DNA of 64,000 nucleotides, from positions 41,860-105,859 of the forward strand of contig JAPLFQ010000019.1 in the NCBI GenBank assembly GCA_026390595.1. The letters run 5' to 3'. Source of the DNA: Ignavibacteriales bacterium. GTDB lineage: Bacteria > Bacteroidota > Ignavibacteria > UBA10030. How positions within the stretch are numbered: position 1 is the stretch's first letter; every line of letters begins with the position of its first letter. This document shows, in pieces, positions 29,780 to 39,452 of this stretch. The notes below the pieces were generated by a model. That model was not told the DNA's origin, ran no database searches, and saw only the letters and a program-made list of their open reading frames with translations. A program made the translations under genes and the position numbers.

Positions 29780-29953
29780 CTAATGAAAAGAATGCCCACC
29801 GCGGACGTGCCCTGCAGTTACCTTCTGCACAAGTTTCAGTTGCTTCGAGGCCCGATTCTTCCGTTTGTTGCGGTCCTCGAGCAAGCTGATTTTTTTTAGC
29901 AACGATTTGGGCTGCTCAGCGTCCATCTTCAAAGGTACATGGGATTGCTTCAT
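29780..29953 (-). CDS. Small basic protein (57 aa), absent from the ORF track
   Basis: MKQSHVPLKMDAEQPKSLLKKISLLEDRNKRKNRASKQLKLVQKVTAGHVRGGHSFH*. Has an AGGAGGAAGG SD, its own near-consensus promoter and a downstream terminator. Confidence 0.6.
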   Translation of the reverse strand: MKQSHVPLKMDAEQPKSLLKKISLLEDRNKRKNRASKQLKLVQKVTAGHVRGGHSFH

Positions 29954-30010
29954 ACCTTCCTCCTGCAGTGTTAGTGGGATTCAAAGAACGGTCGCACAAC
30001 CTCCTGAGCA

Positions 30011-30039
30011 ATTGTAGCTACCTGGCCGAACAATGTCAA
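30011..30039 (-). promoter_or_regulatory. Near-consensus sigma70 promoter, divergent from the tRNA
   Basis: TTGACA-N17-TACAAT on the - strand. Confidence 0.75.
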
Positions 30040-30061
30040 GGCCTCTGGTATTAGTTTCATC

Positions 30062-30090
30062 TTGCTCTCAACACCCTTTTTTGCTATATT
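30062..30090 (+). promoter_or_regulatory. tRNA promoter
   Basis: TTGCTC-N17-TATATT with an extended -10 TG. Confidence 0.6.
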
Positions 30091-30103
30091 AAATGGTCAT
30101 TAT

Positions 30104-30175
30104 GCTGAAGTAGCTCAGTGGTAGAGCAGCGGTTTCGTAAACCGCAGGTCGTGGGTTCAACTCCCACCTTCAGCT
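30104..30175 (+). tRNA. tRNA-Thr (anticodon CGT); CCA not encoded
   Basis: Acceptor stem GCTGAAG/CTTCAGC, D arm GCTC-AGTGGTA-GAGC, anticodon arm GCGGT-TTCGTAA-ACCGC, T arm GTGGG-TTCAACT-CCCAC. Confidence 0.97.
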
Positions 30176-30226
30176 CAAACAAGGCGCTCTTGTCCGCCAA
30201 TCTCAATGGCGGACTACCTTCAGCTC
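30166..30226 (+). repeat. 11-bp direct repeat of the tRNA 3' end flanking a hairpin
   Basis: ACCTTCAGCTC at 30166-30176 and 30216-30226, with GTCCGCCA-N7-TGGCGGAC between them. Confidence 0.7.
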
Positions 30227-30600
30227 GCATTCTGCATCTTTTCCCATCGCAGATTCCAACTGGCTTCGAATTGGTTACCTCCGCGGTACAAAAACGGAGA
30301 CCCCAATGTTGTTTCCAATCGAGACGTCATATCCAACTGTTTCGCACAGCTCACCAGATGGATTGATTGCAGATCCGCACTGAATGGTGAATGTCTGAGT
30401 CAGCAGAAAACTTTTGTCCTAATCCCACCTAGACCGCGAATGTGCGCGGACTTCCAGGCAGCAAGTCCTCAGTTGATCACCAGCGGAGATTTCATCCAGA
30501 TCTTTCAATGGTTCTCGCAGCCGCGCCTGATTGCATGCGGTACCGGATGCAATCCGTTAGTCGATGCCCCCGTCTGGACAACATAGGTATCTCATTCCAT

Positions 30601-30629
30601 AAAAATAGCCCAGTGGTTAGCTGGGCTAT
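30601..30629 (-). terminator. Intrinsic terminator for the FGE-domain gene
   Basis: On the - strand: ATAGCCCAG-CTAACCA-CTGGGCTAT-TTTT. Confidence 0.7.
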
Positions 30630-30732
30630 GGTGGATCTGAGCGAATACGGTCCGGCTGAATAATTTCCGACGAATGTAAAGGAGCTAATGTTCAGCGTCC
30701 TTGGCGAAATCCCGAAGTCTCTTGACGGAATG

Positions 30733-31689
30733 CTAATCCAGGACGCAACGGAACCCGTTGGATTCCCCGCGGTAGCCGCCCGGTTGGTTCGCGCGGTAGC
30801 GATCCGCAATACGGCAGTTGATAGCGCCGGCGTAGTACGAGCCTCCTCGCATCACACGTAATACTCCTGGGCTGGAGGTCGGTCCTTTCGGATCTGTCTG
30901 TGCCGAAGCGCTATAGGTGTCATACCAATCCCAGCACCACTCCTGTACATTACCGCTCATGTCATAGAGCCCAAGCTCGTTTGCCCTTTTCGTTCCAACA
31001 GCATGAGTCACCTGGCCCGCGTTGTCAAAATGCCATGCCACACTGTCGAGAATGCTGCTTCCGCTATATGTATACCCTTGCGATTTCGTACCACCTTTTG
31101 CTGCAAATTCCCACTCAGCCTCCGTCGGCAACCGGTACCCGTTTGCTGTCCATTTCACAGCATCTGAAGCGAGATCAAGCTGACCTGTGCGGTAGACAGT
31201 AGCGAGTGTACTGTTTGTGTAGTACACGGCTGTTAACCCATCTTTTTCCGAGCGGGCATTGCACCATTTCAGTATATCATACCAGTTCAACTGTGCAACT
31301 GGATTGTTCGAGGCACTCTGGTTGTAGCCATTCGCACCTGCAGGCAAATCGGTATAGCCGTGCGTCAAGCCCCAGTTGCGCACTTCCGTCCACTTTTCGT
31401 ACGTGGTCTCGGTTTTGTCCATGTAAAATGAGCCCAGTGTAACTGAATGCGGTGGACTCGCTCCCCAATCATTTGTATTAGTGCTTCCCATCTGGAATGT
31501 GCCTCCAGCGACTTGAATGAAGCCAGTTGGAGTAGTAGAGGAGGAACCCGATTTGAACGAAATACTCTTAACATCTGACATTAGCAAAGAATCCGTCGTT
31601 CCATTGTTCTTGTTGATGAACATTTTTGTTTGAGCCAATGCTGGAAATGACATTCCAAGAATGAGAAGGACAACCCAGGTGCGTTTCAT
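30733..31689 (-). CDS. Secreted FGE-sulfatase (SUMF1 / C-type-lectin fold) domain protein
   Basis: Signal peptide. GGTFQMG, YRLPTEAEWEFAAKGG, NELGLYDMSGNVQEWCWDWY, RGGSY...NGFRC. Confidence 0.92.
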   Translation of the reverse strand: MKRTWVVLLILGMSFPALAQTKMFINKNNGTTDSLLMSDVKSISFKSGSSSTTPTGFIQVAGGTFQMGSTNTNDWGASPPHSVTLGSFYMDKTETTYEKWTEVRNWGLTHGYTDLPAGANGYNQSASNNPVAQLNWYDILKWCNARSEKDGLTAVYYTNSTLATVYRTGQLDLASDAVKWTANGYRLPTEAEWEFAAKGGTKSQGYTYSGSSILDSVAWHFDNAGQVTHAVGTKRANELGLYDMSGNVQEWCWDWYDTYSASAQTDPKGPTSSPGVLRVMRGGSYYAGAINCRIADRYRANQPGGYRGESNGFRCVLD

Positions 31690-31719
31690 AATAATCTCCG
31701 CAGTATTGTTCTATTTGAT

Positions 31720-32184
31720 TCACTTGAGAAGGAGGAGTTTCTGGACGAGGAATGAATGATTGAAATCCACGCGACAGAAATAGTTGCCGCTGGATACATT
31801 GACTCCACCATCATTGCGAGCGTCCCAAACTACGGAATGTGTGCCAGCCTGTTCAGTCAGATTTGCTAGAGAGCGAATAAGGCGGCCTTGAATATCATAG
31901 ATCGCAATCGTGACTTCGCCAGTATGAGGAATATCGTACTGGATTGTCGTGGTCGGATTGAATGGATTAGGATAGTTTTGATGGAGCGTAAAAGAGGAAA
32001 GAACATTCTGCAAAAGCTCTTGCTCCCGTATGCTCGTGGGCAAGCCGGAGAACGTTATCTCACGAATGGCTGATACGGCGTATCCGATGATTGTGCCGTC
32101 CGCCTTCTCCACAAAGACGGAATCCGTTTGTGCGAAACAGATGGAAGAAACGGCGAAAAACAGAAAGACAATGCATGGCTTCAT
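31720..32184 (-). CDS. Small secreted protein with T9SS type A / FlgD-like C-terminal domain
   Basis: AGGAGG SD, signal peptide MKPCIVFLFF..., then LHQNYPNPFNPTTTI...IYDIQGRLIR...WDARNDGG...SGNYF...KLLLLK. Confidence 0.88.
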   Translation of the reverse strand: MKPCIVFLFFAVSSICFAQTDSVFVEKADGTIIGYAVSAIREITFSGLPTSIREQELLQNVLSSFTLHQNYPNPFNPTTTIQYDIPHTGEVTIAIYDIQGRLIRSLANLTEQAGTHSVVWDARNDGGVNVSSGNYFCRVDFNHSFLVQKLLLLK

Positions 32185-32242
32185 CGTGCCTCCTATCTTG
32201 ATTATGGGGAACGTCGGCTTGGCGAATGCCAGACTACAAAGC

Positions 32243-32280
32243 AAAAAACCTCCATCATCACATTCGTGACTCCGGAGGTT
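32243..32280 (-). terminator. Intrinsic terminator inside the 5' leader (possible attenuator)
   Basis: On the - strand: AACCTCC...GGAGGTT-TTTT, lying between the promoter and the start codon at 32184. Confidence 0.55.
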
Positions 32281-32330
32281 CATCACAATCCCTCGCTTCT
32301 TGAAGCCTTCCCCGGCTTCGTTGTGTCTCA

Positions 32331-32359
32331 ATGCTACGGAGATTCTGGAACAGTGTCAA
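32331..32359 (-). promoter_or_regulatory. sigma70-type promoter
   Basis: TTGACA-N17-TAGCAT on the - strand. Confidence 0.65.
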
Positions 32360-32574
32360 GCAACTGATGAACTCCCAAGACACCTCCACGTCAGATAGCT
32401 ATCCGGGTCCTCCGAAACTTCCGCCGTGCGGCCACGCAGTCCAAAAACAAGGGCAAAAACGTCGCAGATCATCTCATCGCATGTTCCCATTTCTAGGACA
32501 CTCGCCTGCTTGTCGGGGTATACACTCATGGCGTTGCTCTATGGCCATATCGGTGTCGGTAACAATCATGAAGG

Positions 32575-32603
32575 TTGATCTCCCGAGAGGATATTCGTAT
32601 ATT
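32575..32603 (+). promoter_or_regulatory. sigma70-type promoter for ypdA (possibly also atpDC)
   Basis: TTGATC-N17-TATATT. Confidence 0.5.
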
Positions 32604-32694
32604 GTTTACGTTAAATTCATGGACAATTCAATCTGCCAAGATTGTCACTGAAATCCGCTTCGCGCGGATTTTTTTGTTGTCGGGCATCAATCGT

Positions 32695-33654
32695 ATGAAT
32701 TCATATGATCTCATTGTGATCGGTGCAGGACCTTCCGGGCTCGCGTGTGCTATCGAGGCTAAAAAGAAGGGGCTCTCACAATTGGTCCTCGATAAGGGAT
32801 CAGTGGCTGACGCCATCCGTCGTTTCCCGATCGACATGACATTCTTCTCGACCTCCGAACTCCTGGAAATCGGAGGTGTTCCCTTCACTTCTGCAGGGTC
32901 TCGTCCGACCCGCGTCGAATGTGTCCGATATTACCAGATGATTGCGCGGTACTTTGATCTGCCGGTCCAGCAAGGTGTGGAAGTCACCGGCATCCGACCC
33001 CACGCCGCAGGGTTTGAGGTCATATCCCCGGATGGATCGTTATTGGCGAAGAACGTTGTCGATGCGACTGGTTACTTTGACCACCCAAACCGATTTGATG
33101 TCCCGGGTTCGGAGCTCAGCAAGGTGAGAAGGTACTACGACGAGCCATACGCGTACTCCGGCAGGAATGTCGCCGTTATTGGTGGAAAGAACTCGGCAGT
33201 CGAAACAGCCCTCGATCTCTTTCGCAATGGCGCCCGCGTGACACTTATTCATAGGGGGCCGAGTCTTAGCCAGGGGGTGAAGTATTGGATACTTCCCGAC
33301 ATCGAAAACAGGATCAAGGCCGGTGACATCCGGGCGATGTTCGAAACCAGGGTCGAGCGAATTACCTCGGGCTCGATTACGGTTGGAGGGAGGCATCACG
33401 AAGAATTCTCGAATGATGCTGTCTTTCTGATGATTGGCTACTGCCCTGATTCTTCACTCCTCCGGCAGGCGGGAGTAGAAATAGATCCCGAGACACAGGC
33501 GCCGGTTCATAATTCTGCCACCATGGAAACGAATGTTCGGGGTGTCTTCGTTGCCGGATCGATAGCGGCCGGCAGGTTCAACAATAAGATTTTCATCGAA
33601 AATGGGCGGATGCATGGCAAACTCATCGTCGATGCAATTGAATCATCTCATTGA
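32695..33654 (+). CDS. ypdA: YpdA-family putative bacillithiol disulfide reductase
   Basis: IGAGPSGLACA, MTFFSTSELLEIG, ATGYFD.P, GGKNSAVE, KYWILPDIENRI, IFIENGRMH. Confidence 0.9.
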   Translation: MNSYDLIVIGAGPSGLACAIEAKKKGLSQLVLDKGSVADAIRRFPIDMTFFSTSELLEIGGVPFTSAGSRPTRVECVRYYQMIARYFDLPVQQGVEVTGIRPHAAGFEVISPDGSLLAKNVVDATGYFDHPNRFDVPGSELSKVRRYYDEPYAYSGRNVAVIGGKNSAVETALDLFRNGARVTLIHRGPSLSQGVKYWILPDIENRIKAGDIRAMFETRVERITSGSITVGGRHHEEFSNDAVFLMIGYCPDSSLLRQAGVEIDPETQAPVHNSATMETNVRGVFVAGSIAAGRFNNKIFIENGRMHGKLIVDAIESSH

Positions 33655-33713
33655 TTTTAGGCCCCAGTTTTGTTAATTTATGCCTCCAGTGTGCAGTGAA
33701 GTTCCTCATCTGA

Positions 33714-35138
<1,425 letters not shown>

Positions 35139-35145
35139 CGTTCCC

Positions 35146-35556
35146 ATGGCAGAAAAGGTCTTCAAACTCGAAATTGTAACACCGAAGAAGATTGCCTTCA
35201 GCGGCGACGTGGTCAGCTTCAGTGCGCCGGGAGTTGTTGGCGGATTCCAGGTTTTGAAAAGCCACGCCCCGTTCCTTTCGAATATCTCTGTCGGCGAAGT
35301 GAAGCTCGTTGACGTTTCCGGCAACGAGATTCGATTTGCTGCCAGCGGCGGCTTTGTTGAAGTCCACGACAACAAAGTGATCATGCTCGCGGAGACTGCG
35401 GAACGCTCGGACGAGATCGATGTCGCACGTGCGGAGGCAGCCAGGGATAGAGCCCGAAAGCGGCTCGCAGAGAAGACCTCGGGGCTCGATCCGGATCGCG
35501 CCAGGCTCGCGCTATTCCGGGCGATGAACCGGCTCAAAGTCGCAGACCAGCTCTGA
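35146..35556 (+). CDS. atpC: F1 ATP synthase epsilon subunit
   Basis: LEIVTP, G.FQVL..HAP, SGGFVEV, EIDVARA. Confidence 0.97.
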   Translation: MAEKVFKLEIVTPKKIAFSGDVVSFSAPGVVGGFQVLKSHAPFLSNISVGEVKLVDVSGNEIRFAASGGFVEVHDNKVIMLAETAERSDEIDVARAEAARDRARKRLAEKTSGLDPDRARLALFRAMNRLKVADQL

Positions 35557-35587
35557 GCGGAGTGGACGTACTTGGAGAGATATGGGT

Positions 35588-35619
35588 AACCCATCAGATG
35601 CTGTGATGGGTTTTTTGTT
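35588..35619 (+). terminator. Intrinsic terminator after atpC
   Basis: AACCCATCA...TGATGGGTT-TTTTGTT. Confidence 0.8.
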
Positions 35620-35644
35620 GGCCCGTGCAGCCGGGTCGGCCGCG

Positions 35645-35673
35645 TTGACAATCAATACACGAACCGTTATATT
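35645..35673 (+). promoter_or_regulatory. sigma70-type promoter for the alr operon
   Basis: TTGACA-N17-TATATT. Confidence 0.7.
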
Positions 35674-35715
35674 CTTCCGGCTTTTAGACGGCCGATCGCA
35701 CTCACGAAACTACCT

Positions 35716-36852
35716 ATGTCGATGGCAAGCGCCGCACCGATGCCGACCCGACCCACCGTTGCAGAAATCGATCTCCACGCTCTGGCTCAAAACCTGAAGG
35801 GAATTCGCGCTAAAGTCGGCCGGCGGGTACAGGTGATGGCTGTGGTGAAAGCCAATGCCTACGGTCACGGTATGACCGACGTCGCCCGATTCCTCCAGCA
35901 AAGGGCGGTCGACTATTTCGGTGTCGCCAATGCGGAAGAAGGCTCGGCGTTGCGCGAAGCTGGCATCACGGCGCCGATTCATGTCTTCACAATCCCTGCT
36001 CCGACTCAGATCCCCGTGTTCACGACGTTTGGACTCGATGCTACCGTGGGCAGCGAGACGGAAGCTCGTTTGCTCAATGAGCAGGCCCAGCGGGCCAGGA
36101 AGCGATTGAATGTCCATATCAAGATCGATACGGGCATGAACCGGATCGGCGTCAGACCCCGGGATGTGGGCGCGCTGGTTCGAGTCGTCGGCGGCTTAAA
36201 ACGTCTTGAGATCAAGGGGGCCTACACGCACTTCGCAACCGCGGACCGGCGTGACAAGACTTTTTCGATGCAGCAACTGGGGCTGTTCAATCAGGCGCTC
36301 GAGTCTTTACGCGCTGCGGGAGTTGAGCCGGAGACCGTGCATTGCGCAGGGAGCGCTGGAATCCTCGATATTCCCGAATCGTATTTTTCGATGGTTCGAC
36401 CTGGAATCATGATGTATGGCTACTACCCCTCGGACGAAACGACAGAAAGCGTCCGGCTGAAGCCCGTTCTCTCGCTGAAGTCGCGGGTCTCGATGGTCAA
36501 ATGGATTGAGCCGGGCGAAAGCGTGAGCTACGGCAGGAGGTTCGTCGCAAGCCGCCGAACGAAAATTGCGACGCTGCCTCTCGGGTACGCTGACGGCTAT
36601 ATGCGATTGCTCACCGGTCAGTCGAATGTTCTCATAGGGGGACGATTGTTTCCGATTGTCGGCACCATCTGCATGGATCAGTTGATGGTAGATGTTGGCA
36701 GGACGGACGTGTGCGTTGGGGACGAAGCAGTGCTGATAGGACGCCAGGGGCGGAAGGCCATTACTGCCTGGGATCTCGCCGCCAGGGCCGGCACAATCCC
36801 ATACGAGATCTGTACGAATATATCGTCGCGTGTTCCACGAATCGTTGGGTGA
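35716..36852 (+). CDS. alr: Alanine racemase (start may be up to 8 codons later)
   Basis: AVVKANAYGHG, IDTGMNRIG, VRPGI, SYG, GYADG, ICMDQ, TIPYE. Confidence 0.97.
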   Translation: MSMASAAPMPTRPTVAEIDLHALAQNLKGIRAKVGRRVQVMAVVKANAYGHGMTDVARFLQQRAVDYFGVANAEEGSALREAGITAPIHVFTIPAPTQIPVFTTFGLDATVGSETEARLLNEQAQRARKRLNVHIKIDTGMNRIGVRPRDVGALVRVVGGLKRLEIKGAYTHFATADRRDKTFSMQQLGLFNQALESLRAAGVEPETVHCAGSAGILDIPESYFSMVRPGIMMYGYYPSDETTESVRLKPVLSLKSRVSMVKWIEPGESVSYGRRFVASRRTKIATLPLGYADGYMRLLTGQSNVLIGGRLFPIVGTICMDQLMVDVGRTDVCVGDEAVLIGRQGRKAITAWDLAARAGTIPYEICTNISSRVPRIVG

Positions 36853-36855
36853 ACC

Positions 36856-37557
36856 ATGACACAGACTAATGACATCCTGCGCGCGCTGCTCTCCAATTTC
36901 CCGATGGCCGAACTGCCGTCGGGCGCGCAGCGGACATTGTTCGAAACCCTCAGGACGCGGCTCGGCGACGCCCCGGACGCCGCCGAAGAACTGAAGAATC
37001 TCTATAAGGTGAAGGGATTCTCGGAATTTGCGCTGGGGTTGATGTGGATGGTTGAACGTGCGTCGAAGAATCCGGGTCAGATCTCCATCGGCCCCGAAGA
37101 TGAAACGCTCCTCTTGTCTTCCTTCCGAAGGGCCGCGGCGGATGGAGCCGTGCAGGATTCAGAGGAACCGGCCGCCCGGCAGCAGGCGGCTGCAGGTGGC
37201 CAGGGGGGAGGGGAGATCGACGTGCAGGTGTTCGCCGGTCAGTTGGAGCAGCTCTCCGATGCCGTGCAAGGCGGATCCGGGGGAGCTCGCATGCTGCTGG
37301 AGGATCTCGTCGGAGAATGCGATGACCTGAGCGGCCAGGGAGGCGATCCGGAGCTGATGGAGTTTGCCACACTCTTGAGGGATTTTCTGAAATTCCTGTC
37401 CGAGAGTGATCTCTTTGACGACATGCGGGTCATCAACATCTTATCAAATGTTTCATCAACCGTCTCGCAGTGGGCGAACGCTCCTTTGGATGCGCGGCCA
37501 GGGATGCTTGAGGAGGCTCTCAGCATGCTTCGAGACTTCAAGACCCATTTTGAATAA
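36856..37557 (+). CDS. Hypothetical all-helical acidic protein
   Basis: Tightly packed between alr and manC with typical codon usage; no recognisable motif. Confidence 0.7.
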   Translation: MTQTNDILRALLSNFPMAELPSGAQRTLFETLRTRLGDAPDAAEELKNLYKVKGFSEFALGLMWMVERASKNPGQISIGPEDETLLLSSFRRAAADGAVQDSEEPAARQQAAAGGQGGGEIDVQVFAGQLEQLSDAVQGGSGGARMLLEDLVGECDDLSGQGGDPELMEFATLLRDFLKFLSESDLFDDMRVINILSNVSSTVSQWANAPLDARPGMLEEALSMLRDFKTHFE

Positions 37558-37572
37558 CTGAAACGGCGACAT

Positions 37573-38661
37573 ATGCCCAAGACTTTTGCTGTAATCATGG
37601 CGGGAGGGGTTGGCTCGAGGTTCTGGCCGCGAAGCCGTGAACGTTCTCCAAAGCAGTTTCTCGAAATCCTCGGCGGCGGGACGATGATTGAGAACACGCT
37701 CACGCGTCTCACTCCGCTCGTTGATCCTAACGACATGTACGTGGTGACAAATCAGGTCCAGGCGGACATGGTGCGGCGCCTGGTGCCGGGAATGCCCTCA
37801 ACAAACGTAATCGCAGAGCCGATTGGCCGAAACACAGCGGCTTGTATCGGCCTTGCCGCGCTCTGGATCAATCGCATTGACCCGAACGGTGTCATGGTGG
37901 TATCGCCGGCAGACCATATCGTCCAGGACACGGATGAGTTTCTTCGTATCCTGCGTCTCGCAGTCCGAGTTGCGGAAGAGAAAGACGCCCTCGTGACCAT
38001 CGGTATCAAGCCTACCCATCCGGAGACCGGCTACGGCTATATCCAGTCCGCAGAAGAAGAGCTCGACCGTAACGAGTTTCGATCGGAGGGGGTTTATCGC
38101 GTCAAGACCTTCGCTGAGAAACCGAACCTGGAAACGGCGGAGAAGTTTCTGCAGAGCGGCGACTTCCTCTGGAACAGCGGCATCTTCGTCTGGAAGGCGA
38201 GCGTCATTCTGCGCGAGATTGAACTCCACCTCCCTGATCTGCACGAGCAGCTGCACGATATCCAGAAAGCTATCGGCACGTCGGTCTACGATCAGACCCT
38301 CGAGCATGCCTACCGGATTATCCGGAGCATCTCCGTTGATTACGGTGTGATGGAAAAGGCGGGAAATGTCTTCGTCGTCAAGGGCGATTTCGGCTGGAGC
38401 GACGTGGGTTCATGGGATGAAGTCGTGCGATTGACTCCGAAGGACGAGGGGGGGAATTCCATCCGGGGGCGCACGGTGCTCTTCGATTCGAAGAACAATT
38501 ACGTGGATGCCGGAACCAAGATCGTCGCTGCGATCGGTGTCGAAGATCTGATTATCATCAGCACGGACGACGGAATTCTCATCTGCAAGAAAGGGCGTTC
38601 GCAGGAGGTCAAAGAGATCGTCGATTTCATCCGGCGAAAGCAAATGAATGAGTATTTGTAG
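37573..38661 (+). CDS. manC: Mannose-1-phosphate guanylyltransferase
   Basis: IMAGGVGSRFWPRSR..PKQF, EPIGRNTA, PADH, ETGYGYI, FAEKP, WNSGIF, SVDYGVMEK, WSDVGSW. Confidence 0.95.
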   Translation: MPKTFAVIMAGGVGSRFWPRSRERSPKQFLEILGGGTMIENTLTRLTPLVDPNDMYVVTNQVQADMVRRLVPGMPSTNVIAEPIGRNTAACIGLAALWINRIDPNGVMVVSPADHIVQDTDEFLRILRLAVRVAEEKDALVTIGIKPTHPETGYGYIQSAEEELDRNEFRSEGVYRVKTFAEKPNLETAEKFLQSGDFLWNSGIFVWKASVILREIELHLPDLHEQLHDIQKAIGTSVYDQTLEHAYRIIRSISVDYGVMEKAGNVFVVKGDFGWSDVGSWDEVVRLTPKDEGGNSIRGRTVLFDSKNNYVDAGTKIVAAIGVEDLIIISTDDGILICKKGRSQEVKEIVDFIRRKQMNEYL

Positions 38662-39145
38662 CAGACTGATCCCCCATACCTTTGTGTTCGTTTCATTCGG
38701 GCTGCTGCTCGCCGGGTGTGCCTCGTCGCCCAGATTCGCCGCTCGCAGCTCACCTCCTGAGCCCCGGGCCGAGAGGACGCCGGAACAAGCAAGGACGGAC
38801 GAGCCCAAGCCTTCCCATAACCCAACCGGAAAAATCCTCCTTACGCTCGAGGGGGTCGCGTCATACTATGCCGATGACTATCATGGGAAACAAACATCCA
38901 ACGGAGAGGTCTTCGACATGAATGAACTGACCGCAGCGCACCGGACATTCCCGTTTGGGACGAAGGTCCGCGTCACAAATCTGGAGAACAAGAAAAATGT
39001 TGTCGTCAGGGTCAATGACCGCGGGCCTTTCAAGGAGGGGAGAATCATCGACCTCTCCCTGGCGGCCGCAAAAGAGCTGGACCTTATCAGGACGGGAACC
39101 GCAAAAGCAAAACTCGAGGTGCTTGAATGGGGCGACGGGAAATGA
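38648..39145 (+). CDS. rlpA: RlpA family septal lytic transglycosylase lipoprotein
   Basis: Lipobox LAGC. GVASYY, TSNGE, TAAHRT, VRVNDRGPF, IIDLS. Confidence 0.92.
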   Translation: MSICSRLIPHTFVFVSFGLLLAGCASSPRFAARSSPPEPRAERTPEQARTDEPKPSHNPTGKILLTLEGVASYYADDYHGKQTSNGEVFDMNELTAAHRTFPFGTKVRVTNLENKKNVVVRVNDRGPFKEGRIIDLSLAAAKELDLIRTGTAKAKLEVLEWGDGK

Positions 39146-39233
39146 GGCATGATGGGGGAAAGGTACTGGAGACGACGCGACGCACCTCTGACAGGGTGCG
39201 TTTGTCATCTGTGGGAGAACAAGAGGAAAACAA

Positions 39234-39452
39234 GTGAAAATCACGGTACAAGTGAAACCAAATGCGCGGAAAGACGAAGTCGCTCTTCGTGAAGACGGCG
39301 TATACGTTGTAAAGGTCTCTGTCCCCCCGATCGAGGGAAGGGCAAACGAGCGACTCATCGAAATCCTGGCCGATTACTTCAAGAAGCCCAAACGGTCTAT
39401 CGGGATTCTGGTCGGGACACGCGGCAAGCACAAAATCGTGGAAATCAAATGA
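39234..39452 (+). CDS. DUF167 (YggU) family protein
   Basis: VQVKPNA, PPIEGRAN, G...KHK; GAGGA SD. Confidence 0.88.
   Translation: MKITVQVKPNARKDEVALREDGVYVVKVSVPPIEGRANERLIEILADYFKKPKRSIGILVGTRGKHKIVEIK

Noticed and set aside
30206..30663. Short ORFs in the gap after the tRNA
   Set aside because: No SD, motif or coding-like composition; probably degenerate non-coding DNA.
30176..32570. Complete DGR or prophage/integrative element at the tRNA
   Set aside because: No reverse transcriptase, template repeat, integrase or distal att copy is visible in the window.
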